Shown: piece by piece, positions 37,709-48,317 of the stretch
How positions within the stretch are numbered: the first letter of the stretch is position 1
Layout: each line of letters opens with the position of its first letter
DNA from: Promethearchaeota archaeon
Lineage (GTDB): Archaea; Asgardarchaeota; Hermodarchaeia; Hermodarchaeales; Hermodarchaeaceae
Length of the DNA stretch: 64,000 bases
Direction of reading: 5' to 3'
NCBI GenBank assembly: GCA_048939625.1
Contig: JBHLPH010000006.1
Span: 48,650-112,649, forward strand
Translations under genes and position numbers: made by a program
Notes under the pieces: generated by a model
Told to the model about the DNA's origin: nothing
Databases searched by the model: none
Seen by the model: only the letters and a program-made list of their open reading frames with translations

Positions 37709-38572
37709 TTATTTGTTCCAATCATAGAATCCTTGCTTAGTCTTTCTACCTAACTTGCCTTCTTTAACCATCTTTCCCAGTAGAGGAGCTGCAGCGTACT
37801 TGTGTTTATCCATCTCTTTTTGGAACACATGGGTGATGGAAAGGGTAGTATCAAGCCCTACATAATCTAAGAGGGTGATTGGGCCCATTGGCCAGTTTAA
37901 CCCTAACTTAATTGCCTTATCGATATCTTCTGGTTCTGCAACATCCTCTTGGAGTAGCCAGATAGCTTCGTTGAGCGCAGGAACTAGTATCCGGTTAACA
38001 ATAAAGCCTGGTGAGTCTTTCTTACACAGTACGGTTTCCTTGCCCATTTTCTGTGATACTTGTTCAACAACTGAAACGGTGTTATCAGAAGTCTTATCTC
38101 CTCGGATAATTTCAACGAGTTTCATTATTTGCACGGGGTTAAAGAAGTGCATACCCACGACTTTATCGGGACGTTTAGTAGCTGCGGCAATACGACTAAT
38201 ACTGATTGAGGAAGTGTTCGATGAAAGTATTGCATGCAGTGGTGCAAGTTCATCCATTTCAGCAAAGATTTTTTTCTTGAGATCTAGGTTTTCAGGAACC
38301 GCCTCAATAACGAAATCAGTGTTACTCATTGCTTCCTTCATATCAAGAGTAGGGTGAATGCGTTTGAGCGTTGCATCAGCATCAGATTGGGTTAGTTTCT
38401 CTTTTTCAACAAGTTTGCCAAGGCTCCATTCAATTCGACCCATACCCGTGTCGATGAATTCTTGTTTAATATCTTTCAAATAGACCTCATACCCAGCGAT
38501 TTGGGCTAGAACTTGTGTTACGCCATGACCCATGAGTCCAGCGCCAATAACTGCGACTTTTTTGATTTCCAA
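37709..38572 (-). CDS. 3-hydroxyacyl-CoA dehydrogenase
   Basis: GAGLMG, EAVPE, SNTSS, GMHFFNP, GFIVNR, PMGP; start TTG 38572 after GAGGTGA. Confidence 0.9.
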   Translation of the reverse strand: MEIKKVAVIGAGLMGHGVTQVLAQIAGYEVYLKDIKQEFIDTGMGRIEWSLGKLVEKEKLTQSDADATLKRIHPTLDMKEAMSNTDFVIEAVPENLDLKKKIFAEMDELAPLHAILSSNTSSISISRIAAATKRPDKVVGMHFFNPVQIMKLVEIIRGDKTSDNTVSVVEQVSQKMGKETVLCKKDSPGFIVNRILVPALNEAIWLLQEDVAEPEDIDKAIKLGLNWPMGPITLLDYVGLDTTLSITHVFQKEMDKHKYAAAPLLGKMVKEGKLGRKTKQGFYDWNK

Positions 38573-38697
38573 AAGCGTCACCTCGCAGAGGCTATGCAAG
38601 ATGTTATTAAAAAACCTGTTATTCGTAAAAAATACAGAACACAACCAAGCGGATTTTTATGCGAAATATGCCCTCTTTGGGTATTGAGTGGATTCGT

Positions 38698-39933
38698 GTG
38701 CGCCTGGTAATTATTGGAAGCGGAGCTGCTGGGCTGAGTGCAGTGCAAACACTAATCGAACATCAGCATACCGCTGATGTCGTATTAATCACAAAGGAGA
38801 CTCGATTCTATGCGCTGTTCTCACTTCCTTCATTTGTCGCCGGAGAAATCGATGAAAAATCTCTCGATCGGTTTGATCGTCAGTATTTCGAAGACGCTGG
38901 AATCAAAATGAAACTGGATACAAATGTCACAGCTGTGAATGTTGATTCAAACTCAGTCCTCCTCGAAACCGGGGATGAGCTTCCTTATGATCGGCTTCTC
39001 ATTGCTACAGGTGCTTCTGCAATTAAACCTCCAATAGAAGGACTTGACAAAGATGGTGTAGTAACTCTGGTTAATTTACGAGATAGTGAAGCTATCTTAG
39101 CAAGAGCGGAACGCAAGATCAAACATGCAGTTATAATTGGTGGAGGGTTTGTTGGGCTTGAAAGTGCTACTGCACTCCATCGGCTAGGTGCTAAAGTCAC
39201 AATCATTGAAAGAGAAAAGCATCTTCTCCCACGAATGCTAGATGAAGATACTGCAGAAATTGTGACTCAACTCCTACAAAAGCAGAACGTAGAAGTTCAG
39301 ACTTCAACAAGCGTTAGCAAGATTCTAGGTGATAAGACGGTCACTGGAGCCCAAGTTGGTCGAAAACAGCTTCATTGTGATCTGGTTGTCGTTGCGGTGG
39401 GTGTTCGTCCAAATCTTGACATCATCAAGGGAACCCGAATTAAAACAAATGAAGGAATTCTTGTTAACGAATACATGCAAACCAACGTGGAGCACATATA
39501 CGCGGCAGGAGACGTTGCGGAGGCATTAGATCGCGCGACGAACGAATTAAAAATCAATGCAATATGGCCAAACGCCATTTCTCAAGGCCGAATTGCTGCA
39601 CAAAATATGCTCGGTCAGCAGATTTCATATCAGGGATCTGATGCCATCAACCTAATCAACATCTTTGAGACACCCGTGCTTAGCATTGGTCGGACTTTAA
39701 GCGAGATAGGGACTTGTGAAGTTATCCGTATATATCGAAATGAAGTATACAGGAAGCTCTTTCTTTGTGATGGCAAAGTCATGGGGTACCAATCAGTAGG
39801 TGATCTTCGAAATGCAGGATTTCTCCTGCATGCCCATCGAACTGGAGCCGATATATCAGATGTCGTTGAGTCTCTAAAGAAAGATCTGCTTATAGGTCAG
39901 TATTATTGGCGTTCTCAAGAAAAACAAACCTAG
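38698..39933 (+). CDS. FAD-dependent NAD(P)H oxidoreductase (AorC/NirB-N-like)
   Basis: GSGAAG, ATG, GGGFVGLE, YAAGDVAE, WPNA..QG. Confidence 0.85.
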   Translation: MRLVIIGSGAAGLSAVQTLIEHQHTADVVLITKETRFYALFSLPSFVAGEIDEKSLDRFDRQYFEDAGIKMKLDTNVTAVNVDSNSVLLETGDELPYDRLLIATGASAIKPPIEGLDKDGVVTLVNLRDSEAILARAERKIKHAVIIGGGFVGLESATALHRLGAKVTIIEREKHLLPRMLDEDTAEIVTQLLQKQNVEVQTSTSVSKILGDKTVTGAQVGRKQLHCDLVVVAVGVRPNLDIIKGTRIKTNEGILVNEYMQTNVEHIYAAGDVAEALDRATNELKINAIWPNAISQGRIAAQNMLGQQISYQGSDAINLINIFETPVLSIGRTLSEIGTCEVIRIYRNEVYRKLFLCDGKVMGYQSVGDLRNAGFLLHAHRTGADISDVVESLKKDLLIGQYYWRSQEKQT

Positions 39934-39952
39934 CCAATAAGAATCTCAGGAA

Positions 39953-40408
39953 TTATTTCTCTGTAATGAGAACACGGGCTAATTGCTCTTTTCGTCGTTG
40001 CATGGCTTCCTGAGTTTCTTCCGCATATTCGATGGCATTTGTGGAACAATATTTCACGCATTGTGGATCACCGCCACAAAGATCGCATTGAATTAGTTCC
40101 TTACCATGGGTTGTTATTGCAGAGAAAGGGCACACAACTGCACATAGTCGACAGCCAATGCACCGGTCATCGTCGCGTGTTACATGTCCTTCGTCTTTTG
40201 TGATAGCGTTTTGTGGGCAGGCTGTGATGCAAGGCGCGTCCTGGCATTGAAAGCATACAACTGGAAACTCAAATCGTTCAAACTCATCTCGGACAACGCT
40301 GATTGCGGCTTTTCTTGGGTTGCATTCTCCGAATTTGGTTAATGAACACGCTAGTGAACATAATCGGCAACCAGTACACCGTTCTGGATAAACGAAAATA
40401 TACTTCAT
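39953..40408 (-). CDS. 4x[4Fe-4S] electron-transfer subunit (AorA-like)
   Basis: CTGCRLC, CFQCQDAPC, CIGCRLC, CDLCGGDPQC. Confidence 0.9.
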   Translation of the reverse strand: MKYIFVYPERCTGCRLCSLACSLTKFGECNPRKAAISVVRDEFERFEFPVVCFQCQDAPCITACPQNAITKDEGHVTRDDDRCIGCRLCAVVCPFSAITTHGKELIQCDLCGGDPQCVKYCSTNAIEYAEETQEAMQRRKEQLARVLITEK

Positions 40409-42237
40409 TCAATCGCCTCCAATTCGTTCACACGTTCTTCTGATAACATTCCTTCATTGTTCCACCCACGAAGAGCATAGTATCGGTCTAACATGGTCTG
40501 AAACTGTTTTCGGTCAATATGATGCCCCTTCGCGGTCTTTAGAGGAGCGGGGTCATCGAAGTAGCGTTTAGGTAGCGAATCATCTGCGCGGGTGAGTCCA
40601 AATCGAAGATTGAGGATTCGTTCAGTGTCGATTATTCGTTGCCCTATCTTCTTCAATTCGTGATTTTCAAATTTGAGGTCAACAGCCGCATGTAGGAATT
40701 TCTTTACCTGTTCATATCCAATGAGATGTGGGCTGTTAAAGCCATGACAGATGAATTTGCAGATTCCCACAGCATCGATTACTGCATACATGTTATCCGA
40801 CCAAAAGACGGTTTTTTCCTTTCCCTCATATGATGTGGGATCAGGTGAGATGCCGGTCCCATAGATGTTTTCCTTTACTTCCGAGGGCAATCTGAGAAAG
40901 ATTTCGAGGGTGGGTCGACTACGCAAGTGGTCCGCACCTCTTGAAGCGGTTGCGATGCCTAGCGCGAACGCTTTGATATACCGAACATCATGTGGATCGC
41001 TTTGAGGGAGGTTCTTTACAGCGATGAGATATTCTGCTGATTTTGGTCCAAAATGCTGTACAGCTTGACTACTTTCCGCCAAGACATCTCCCAGCCCTTC
41101 ACGGCGGGAAGTTTTTTCTAGAAGTGATTTGACGAGTTCAAAGTTTTCGAATTCCAGCTTCTCGCCAAGGAATTTTGATTTATCAACCAACCCTTTTTCA
41201 TACAGCTCAAAAACCCAAGCCAGAATTCCCCCTGCTGACGCAGTATCTAACCCAAGTCGGTTGCATAGGTTATTCAACTCTATAACCTGTTTGGGATCAG
41301 AGAGTCCAACATTTGCTCCCAGCAATCCGATTGTTGTATATTCAGGACCTTCCCCATTCAAGGTGTTTCGATGCCGACAATGTACTATGCATGAGGCGCA
41401 GGATACCATTTTTTCGGCATATTCTTCGAAAAATTCAGCGTTCAATGAATCGGACCAAGCGTTCAGCTGACTATTCTTGGTGCGAATCGCTCCCAGTGCA
41501 TTACTAACATCATACAAATATGGGGAGCCCAATTTACCCATGACTGAGATAACCTTTGAATTCAGGATATACTCGTTTGTATTCTTGGTGAGCTCCAGAA
41601 GCTGCTCTGGATGAGCGACCTTAAGACCTTGGGTGCCATAAGCAACTAAAGCTTTCAAGTTTTTTGATCCCATGACGGCACCAAGGCCACCCCGCCCTCC
41701 AGCGTTCTTCACACCATTGCGTATGTTTGCAAATCGGACGAGTTTTTCACCAGCTTCTCCAGTGACAGCAGCCTGTACATCACCTAGATCTTTCCGTAAC
41801 TCGATTTGAACATCATAGGTATCAAGACCCCAATAATCAGAGGCGTCGCGAATTTCAACGGAACCATCCTGAAGGAAAATATAACTTGGCTTCTTCGCTT
41901 TTCCAAATATGATAATCTGGTCAAAGCCAGCATAGCGCATCTCCGGACCAAAATAACCTCCACAGTTAGTGTCACCCAAGAACCCTGATTCTGGGGATTT
42001 TGCTGTTACATTGAAGCGTGACGCGTTTGGAATAAGATACCCAGTAAGTAAACCAGCACCAAATATCAACACGTTTTCCGGAGAAAGAGGATCCACATTC
42101 TTCCTTAACAATTTGTTAAGATGATAGACGTTCGTACCTCGACCGCCTAAATAGCTTCTTAGTACATTTGCGGGCATTTCACTGATTTTCACTGAGCCTG
42201 TACTAAGATTGACAATAACATAGTGGTTTGTTGTCAT
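40405..42237 (-). CDS. aor: Tungsten aldehyde:ferredoxin oxidoreductase family protein
   Basis: YLGGRG, KSP, GRGGLGAVMGSKNLKA, CASCIVHC, GPEY, RGADH, GICKF. Confidence 0.9.
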   Translation of the reverse strand: MTTNHYVIVNLSTGSVKISEMPANVLRSYLGGRGTNVYHLNKLLRKNVDPLSPENVLIFGAGLLTGYLIPNASRFNVTAKSPESGFLGDTNCGGYFGPEMRYAGFDQIIIFGKAKKPSYIFLQDGSVEIRDASDYWGLDTYDVQIELRKDLGDVQAAVTGEAGEKLVRFANIRNGVKNAGGRGGLGAVMGSKNLKALVAYGTQGLKVAHPEQLLELTKNTNEYILNSKVISVMGKLGSPYLYDVSNALGAIRTKNSQLNAWSDSLNAEFFEEYAEKMVSCASCIVHCRHRNTLNGEGPEYTTIGLLGANVGLSDPKQVIELNNLCNRLGLDTASAGGILAWVFELYEKGLVDKSKFLGEKLEFENFELVKSLLEKTSRREGLGDVLAESSQAVQHFGPKSAEYLIAVKNLPQSDPHDVRYIKAFALGIATASRGADHLRSRPTLEIFLRLPSEVKENIYGTGISPDPTSYEGKEKTVFWSDNMYAVIDAVGICKFICHGFNSPHLIGYEQVKKFLHAAVDLKFENHELKKIGQRIIDTERILNLRFGLTRADDSLPKRYFDDPAPLKTAKGHHIDRKQFQTMLDRYYALRGWNNEGMLSEERVNELEAIE

Positions 42238-42260
42238 TTTGGGTTATTCCAGAGTGTTTG

Positions 42261-42557
42261 TTATCCGCCACCAACTGCCATTACTAGTGTTAATGTTGCA
42301 GACTTCTGAATCGAGATATCATTAAGATTTTTCTCAAGAACAGGTTTGTTGTCAAGAAAAATATTAAGATACTTGTGGATTTCGCCAGTCTTGGTATACA
42401 ATTCTGGGCGGAGAGTAGGGTACATTTCTACTAGCCTGCCAAGTATGGTTTCAATGGTGTCATTTTCTTCTGAATCTAGCTTTATCTCTTCAATTCCGGT
42501 TGTAATCTTCAATACGCCTACCAACCGAATTGTGACACCCATATCTACACTTTCCAT
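42261..42557 (-). CDS. MoaD/ThiS-family ubiquitin-like protein
   Basis: Beta-grasp pattern ending MAVGGG; directly upstream of aor. Confidence 0.8.
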   Translation of the reverse strand: MESVDMGVTIRLVGVLKITTGIEEIKLDSEENDTIETILGRLVEMYPTLRPELYTKTGEIHKYLNIFLDNKPVLEKNLNDISIQKSATLTLVMAVGGG

Positions 42558-42790
42558 CGATTCTCTCCCCAACCTCCAGCTACAGAAATCAAAAATCTTT
42601 ACTTTTCTCCAGTTCACCAACCCTCGTACCCACAAACGTGTCTATGACGTGGATATTTTACTCTTCAATTTTCACCGCCTTGAGAAATGCTCAACTCACT
42701 ACCAAAGCAGTATTTAGACATCTCATCAAGGGAGGTACGAAGTCCTTTTTCTCTGTAGTTACTAGGTTATACTTTCAACCCATTGAGTGG

Positions 42791-44143
42791 CTATTTGTAT
42801 ATGCCATATTCCTTGGTGAAGTCTGCCATGGCCTTCAGATTCTCTGGCTTGATTTGATCAAAGAAAGCCCCATTGGACATGATATAACCACCGCCTTTAC
42901 CAGCGGTATCAATGAGTTCTTTTGCACAGTCTTTCACTTGTTGAGGTGTGCCTACAGCCAACAAATCGGTGGGGATATTACCGCCTATGCAGGCAACGGT
43001 ACCAATCGTTTTCTTGGCTTTTGTCATGTCAGTCGTGTCGAACACCCATAGTGTCTTACCTTTAGGTAGGTCTTTGATAACTTCCAGACGGGAAGTAAAG
43101 CCCCCTTCAGCCACAGGAAATGGGATGCATCCCTCTTCAATCAAGCCCATCATGACTTTTCTAAAGGTAGGCCAGTAGAATTTTTTGAATTGTTCATCGG
43201 AGAGGAACCCATCAGCACCTTTGTGGAGGGGCATAAAGACCAATGGCTTTTGGTTCACCATTGCTGCTCCTACGCCCATTCGAATCATGAGTGGTGTTAG
43301 AGTCTCCATGGCTTCAAGTAGCTTCTCCGGTCGACGGTACATGTCCACCATTATCCCTTTGGTTCCTCTAAGTGTGTCACCAAGCACATCAAAAGGAGCC
43401 TTTGTAAATCCGGCGAGGAGCGGTGGATATCCTAAAGTGGCCATCTCACCGTCGAACCCTCCTACCATTTCTACCCATTTCAGGGTTTCAGCCCCAGCAT
43501 CAAAAAGTGCCTTATAAGTTTCTTGGACTGGAGGTAGACCAAACGGTATGAAGTTAAAAGCAACGCCATACATTTCGAGTATACCAGTCAGAGCGGGGAG
43601 CATCTTGAATCCCTCCAGCTTGCCAAATACACGTGGTAAATAGTTATTACTGAAGAAATTCGACGGGTCCTGAATCAAGTTGTCATACTCTGCGGCTTCC
43701 ATGTATACTCCTTCGTTAGCTTGGTAGGAATGTTCAGGTGCGACCCCATGTCCAGGCCAAGAATATAATTGGTAGTCGAGGATTTCGAAGAACTTACCTG
43801 GACCGGGTCCAGCACAGCCCATATGGGCATCCGGTTCAAAGTCTAAGACAAATTTTTTCCACGCTGCAGCACACTTGTCGTAGTCGTACATTGCATCTTG
43901 AGTGGTTATTCCGTAATAAAACGTGGGAAACATGTTGGGCAATATAAGGAGTGGTACCCTGTCGGGCACTTTCTTCATTTGAATCGCGTCTTTGATTCTT
44001 GTAATTCTTTCTTGGTACAACTTCTTGGCTTCTGGACTTTGAAATTTTAGATCATTCCCTTCAGGGTCTTTCGGTGAAAGCCACTTTTCAAACAACGCTT
44101 CCTGTTTTTCATCCGATGATAAATCTTCCCATTGTTTTTCCAT
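42791..44143 (-). CDS. Substrate:corrinoid methyltransferase, UroD fold (MtvB/MtoB-like aryl O-demethylase candidate)
   Basis: PDRVP, APFDVLGDTLRG, MPLHKGADGF, FYWP, CIGGNIP, GGGYI; adjacent to a corrinoid protein. Confidence 0.75.
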   Translation of the reverse strand: MEKQWEDLSSDEKQEALFEKWLSPKDPEGNDLKFQSPEAKKLYQERITRIKDAIQMKKVPDRVPLLILPNMFPTFYYGITTQDAMYDYDKCAAAWKKFVLDFEPDAHMGCAGPGPGKFFEILDYQLYSWPGHGVAPEHSYQANEGVYMEAAEYDNLIQDPSNFFSNNYLPRVFGKLEGFKMLPALTGILEMYGVAFNFIPFGLPPVQETYKALFDAGAETLKWVEMVGGFDGEMATLGYPPLLAGFTKAPFDVLGDTLRGTKGIMVDMYRRPEKLLEAMETLTPLMIRMGVGAAMVNQKPLVFMPLHKGADGFLSDEQFKKFYWPTFRKVMMGLIEEGCIPFPVAEGGFTSRLEVIKDLPKGKTLWVFDTTDMTKAKKTIGTVACIGGNIPTDLLAVGTPQQVKDCAKELIDTAGKGGGYIMSNGAFFDQIKPENLKAMADFTKEYGIYK

Positions 44144-44171
44144 TTTTATCACACTCTTCTTTCTTCTCAGC

Positions 44172-44819
44172 TTAGAGTTCTTTCTTAGCGCCAATCCATT
44201 TCTTGGCGAGGGTTACGGCTGCCATGGCATCTTCACCATAGGCGTCAGCCCCAGTGAACTTCCTGATTTCCTCGGTAATCTGACCACCGCCTATCATGAC
44301 CTTTACTTTGTCCCTTAGGCCCGCCTGTGAAATAGCTTCTATTGTTTCTTTCATGGCATCAAACGCAAGAGTTAGAAATCCACTTAAGCCAACAATAGGG
44401 GCATCAGTTTCCTTTATCTTGTCGACAAACTTCTGTACTGGAACATCCACACCCAAATCGTAGACCTCAAAGCCATTGATGTCGAGCATAAAGACTACGA
44501 TATCTTTTCCAATATCATGAATATCTCCAGCAACGGTGCCAAATACGATCTTACCCAAACGTTCAGTTTTTGCTTCCTGGGTTATCTTGGGTTTGACCAG
44601 TTCGGTTATTGCTGACAATATCTCCCCGGAATAAATCAGGTCGGAGATGAAATATTCCTTATTCGCAAAGCGATGACCCACGATTTCAAGGCCTCGCCGT
44701 GCATCTTCTAAGATTTTGAGTGGGTCGTCACCAGCGTTCAACCTATCTTTAACAATCTTGAGTGCTTCTTCTTCCTTCAAATCTGCCAAAACACTGACTA
44801 ACTTCTCGGATTTTCCCAT
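44172..44819 (-). CDS. Corrinoid-binding protein (MtoC/MtvC/MtaC-like)
   Basis: GTVAGDIHDIGK (DxHxxG), LGVDV, GLSG, IGGG; N-terminal B12 cap domain. Confidence 0.92.
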   Translation of the reverse strand: MGKSEKLVSVLADLKEEEALKIVKDRLNAGDDPLKILEDARRGLEIVGHRFANKEYFISDLIYSGEILSAITELVKPKITQEAKTERLGKIVFGTVAGDIHDIGKDIVVFMLDINGFEVYDLGVDVPVQKFVDKIKETDAPIVGLSGFLTLAFDAMKETIEAISQAGLRDKVKVMIGGGQITEEIRKFTGADAYGEDAMAAVTLAKKWIGAKKEL

Positions 44820-45124
44820 GAAATAACCTCACGACTATTTTTTTCCTCACTCAACCTTCCAAATTTGGTAACAAGCTTTTGATTTCATCTTTGATAAAAA
44901 GCTTATGACAGATAATCAATGGAGGAAAATCATTCACCTTAATGGACCTTATTGAGCGGCTTCCTGATGTCGCTAAAACATTATTTGTTTGGAGCCAGCA
45001 AGATTCACAGAACTTTGTTGAAACTCACGAATTGGCATATTAGTGCTTCAGTCATTTCATAACGCTCTTTTAGCTTGGTGGACATCTCGTAAAAGTTATT
45101 TAATTACTTAGTCAGAGTTCTATC

Positions 45125-47041
45125 ATGCGCCGGATAAAGGAAAGAAATATTACGGTCACATTTGAGCCCGAGGGACGAAAAGTAAGAACTGTATTAGGAG
45201 CAAGCATATTTGATGCAGCCGGTACTGTGGGTGTGGATATTCGATCTGAGTGTGGTGGAAAGGGGACTTGTGGAAAATGTAGGATTATCATCCGAGAGAA
45301 AAACGCTGTATCCAAGGTCACAAAGACTGAAATGAGCCACTTATCCGCATCAGAAATCGATGCAGGCTATAGGTTAGCTTGTTGTACTAAGCTGAAACGA
45401 GATATCACCATAATGGTTCCCCAAGAAAGCAGAGTTGGCGAACGTAAAATTCAAGTCACAGGTTTAGAAAGGGCTGTACCGTTAGCACCTTCTGTAACAA
45501 AATTTTTCATCACCTTACAGAAACCGTCATTGGGTGATGCCAGACCAGACTGTGATAGGATCCTTGATTGCTTGAAAAAAGAATACAGTCTCGAAAAAAT
45601 AGAAATCGGGTCTGAACTTTTGAAGAACTTGCCCAACATCCTACGTCAAGCAAATTGGGCGATCACCGTCACTTTATGGAATAATCAGAAGATCATAGCG
45701 GTTGAAAAGGGTGACACGTCCAATAAGCTCCTGGGATTAGCAATTGACATCGGTACATCGAAAATTGTCGGTTGCGTCGTGGATTTGGCAAATGGTAGAA
45801 CCATAGGCGTAGGTTCTGTTGAAAACCCCCAGATGATCCATGGTGAGGACGTTGTTTCAAGGATCGCCTTTGTGAAGGATAATGAAGAAGGACTAGACAC
45901 CCTACAAAGATTAGCGTTCGAAGGAATAAATCGGGTGTTGCAGGAAGCGTGCACCCAAGCTGGTGTTGATTCTCACTATATCTATGAGGTAACAGTCGCA
46001 GGCAACACTGCGATGCACCATTTATTCTTAGGCGTTCAACCCAAATTCTTAGCCCTCTCGCCTTTTATACCGTCCATAAGAAAATCAATAGATCTTACAG
46101 CGAGAGAGGTGAAACTCAATATACACCCAGAGGCTAACGTACATGTGTTACCGATTATTGCTGGTTTCGTCGGTGCGGACGCTATTGCAAATGTCTTATC
46201 AACCGGGATCTACGAATCAAAAGAACGCTCCTTACTTCTGGACATCGGAACAAACACAGAGGTTTTTGTTGGCAACTCTGAGGACATCGTTTCATGCTCG
46301 TGTGCCTCAGGACCTGCTTTTGAGGGAGTCCATATCAAACACGGAATGAAAGCCGTCACCGGTGCGATTGAAAGAGTGCATATCAACCCAGATTCAGATT
46401 ATCACGTTGAGTTTGAAACAATAGGGGATGTAAAACCAAGAGGGTTATGCGGGTCCGGCATGGTTGATGTCGTAGCTGAAATGGCTAAATGTGGAATTAT
46501 TGATCAACGAGGACGCTATGACCGGAAGATGAAAACACCTCGATTAAGAACCACTGGCAATAGCGTAGAATTTGTACTAGTACGGAAAAATGAAAGCGCA
46601 ACTGGAAGAGAAATAACAGTTACACAAAAGGACATCACTGAAATTCAACTGGCAAAGGCTGCAATATACACTGGATGCTGGATTTTAATGAAGGAGACTA
46701 ACCTGAAGACTGATGATCTCGATCAAGTCCTTCTTGCAGGCGCCTTTGGAAGTTACATTAATCCTGAAAGCGCGAGATTGATAGGATTAGTACCTGAAGT
46801 CTCGACGGAGAAAATCAAGTTTGTAGGCAACACCGCGTTAAGTGGTGCTAAAATGGCGTTGCTCTCACAAGAGGCAAGAAAAACTGCTGAGAGACTGTCG
46901 AGCAAAATCCGCTATCTTGAACTCACACGCACTTCCAACTTTAATTCAGAGTTTGCCAATGCCATGTTTATCCCGCATAAAGACTTAAACAGATTCCCAG
47001 TGGTTAGCAAACAATTCAGGAGATTTGGAAAAGATGTTTAA
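45125..47041 (+). CDS. ATP-dependent reductive activator of corrinoid proteins (RACo/MtoD-like; 2Fe-2S plus ASKHA)
   Basis: CGGKGTCGKC, RLAC, DIGTS, GFVGAD, DIGTNTE, GPAFEG, CGSG, AGAFG. Confidence 0.9.
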   Translation: MRRIKERNITVTFEPEGRKVRTVLGASIFDAAGTVGVDIRSECGGKGTCGKCRIIIREKNAVSKVTKTEMSHLSASEIDAGYRLACCTKLKRDITIMVPQESRVGERKIQVTGLERAVPLAPSVTKFFITLQKPSLGDARPDCDRILDCLKKEYSLEKIEIGSELLKNLPNILRQANWAITVTLWNNQKIIAVEKGDTSNKLLGLAIDIGTSKIVGCVVDLANGRTIGVGSVENPQMIHGEDVVSRIAFVKDNEEGLDTLQRLAFEGINRVLQEACTQAGVDSHYIYEVTVAGNTAMHHLFLGVQPKFLALSPFIPSIRKSIDLTAREVKLNIHPEANVHVLPIIAGFVGADAIANVLSTGIYESKERSLLLDIGTNTEVFVGNSEDIVSCSCASGPAFEGVHIKHGMKAVTGAIERVHINPDSDYHVEFETIGDVKPRGLCGSGMVDVVAEMAKCGIIDQRGRYDRKMKTPRLRTTGNSVEFVLVRKNESATGREITVTQKDITEIQLAKAAIYTGCWILMKETNLKTDDLDQVLLAGAFGSYINPESARLIGLVPEVSTEKIKFVGNTALSGAKMALLSQEARKTAERLSSKIRYLELTRTSNFNSEFANAMFIPHKDLNRFPVVSKQFRRFGKDV

Positions 47042-47954
47042 ATTTGAACAGGAACAAAAAGTCTTCGACATCGCTGGAGTGAAAGTAGGGGGCCAACCCG
47101 GGGAGTATCCAACTGTCTTGATAGGTAGCATATTCTATGATGGACACAAAATCGTCACGGACATAATGAAGGGTGAATTCGACAAATCTCAAGCTGAAAC
47201 CTTGCTTAAGAAGCAAGAAGAAATGTCAGAAATAACTGGAAACCCAGTGATTATAGATGTGGTGGGTCCATCAGCCGAGGCCCTAAAACGATGTGTTGAT
47301 TTTGTGTCTGAAAAAACTGACGCCCCATTTCTTGTCGATGGTCCATCGGCGGAAGTAAGGATTCCGGTGATGCGATACCTCGCAGAAACTGGGCTCATAA
47401 AAAGAGCGATCTACAATTCGATTGATTACGCTGTAACCTCAGATGAAATAACCACACTCAAAGAAATCGGAGCAGAGTCGTCTGTTCTCATGTGTTATAA
47501 TCCGAGGAATGTGTGGGCAGAGGGAAGAAAGGAGATTTTAGAAGGCAGCGAGGGACAAAAAGGCCTCTTGGAAGCTGCTAAGGAAGCCGGTATACACAAC
47601 ATTCTCATTGACACAGCGGTTTTAGATGTGCCAAGCATTGGCATCTCAGCAAGAGCAGTGTACATCATCAAAAGTGAATATGGGTTTCCTGTAGGATGTG
47701 GACCACCGAATGCCATAACAACCTGGAAAAAAGTGAAAAAAGAAATGGGTCCCTATGCCTACAATACGTGTCTGGCAGGTTCAGGTTTAATCACTCAGTC
47801 ACTAGGTGCCAATTTTATCTTATATGGACCAATCGAAGATGCTGAAGCCGTTTTTCCAGCATGTGCGATGGCTGATGCCATAATCGCCTATAACGCAAGA
47901 AGATTTGGAATCCGTCAACAAACTAAGAACCATCCGCTTCTCAAAATTTTTTAG
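47034..47954 (+). CDS. mtrH: MtrH/MtgA/MtoA-family methylcorrinoid:tetrahydropterin methyltransferase
   Basis: MFKFEQEQKV, GGQPGEYPTVLIGSIFY, IYNS, GANFILYGPIE, HPLLKIF; no other mtr subunits nearby. Confidence 0.85.
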   Translation: MFKFEQEQKVFDIAGVKVGGQPGEYPTVLIGSIFYDGHKIVTDIMKGEFDKSQAETLLKKQEEMSEITGNPVIIDVVGPSAEALKRCVDFVSEKTDAPFLVDGPSAEVRIPVMRYLAETGLIKRAIYNSIDYAVTSDEITTLKEIGAESSVLMCYNPRNVWAEGRKEILEGSEGQKGLLEAAKEAGIHNILIDTAVLDVPSIGISARAVYIIKSEYGFPVGCGPPNAITTWKKVKKEMGPYAYNTCLAGSGLITQSLGANFILYGPIEDAEAVFPACAMADAIIAYNARRFGIRQQTKNHPLLKIF

Positions 47955-48254
47955 TTATCCACCGCCAACAGGGGTGAATATTCCCAGATAAGTATCCTCT
48001 TCAAATGTAATCTTCTTTACATCGTTAGAGATTCTTTTTGCATTTAACGATATGATTATGCGTTGATTCACTTGATTTCCTTCATAATTTGAGAAAACAT
48101 AATCCTTGAAGACAACCCCATATTTTGTTACGAGTTTTTGCAGGAGGGATAATACGGTTGCTCCTTTCTTGACATTAACTTCTTCCTTAGCTTTACCAGT
48201 GATTTCTGTTAGAGGATAGCCATAATGTAAAATTACCTTAACCAATGTGCTCAC
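47955..48254 (-). CDS. MoaD/ThiS-family ubiquitin-like protein
   Basis: Ends FTPVGGG; downstream of the second aor. Confidence 0.8.
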   Translation of the reverse strand: MSTLVKVILHYGYPLTEITGKAKEEVNVKKGATVLSLLQKLVTKYGVVFKDYVFSNYEGNQVNQRIIISLNAKRISNDVKKITFEEDTYLGIFTPVGGG

Positions 48255-48317
48255 ACAACTGGATAACGAAAAAGCCTCGAAAAAAGATAACTCCTCTGGT
48301 GAGTCTTGCTTTTTTGT

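Noticed and set aside
42638-43051. Short antisense or overlapping ORFs in the six-frame track (this one and e.g. 2749..3159, 37875..38357, 58029..58346, 62789..63061, 63541..63975)
   Set aside because: Shadow frames of well-supported genes or low-complexity spacer, with no motifs or RBS
47034-47954. Methanogenic Mtr complex
   Set aside because: Only an MtrH homolog is present, with no mtrA-G or mcr; the context is a soluble corrinoid demethylase
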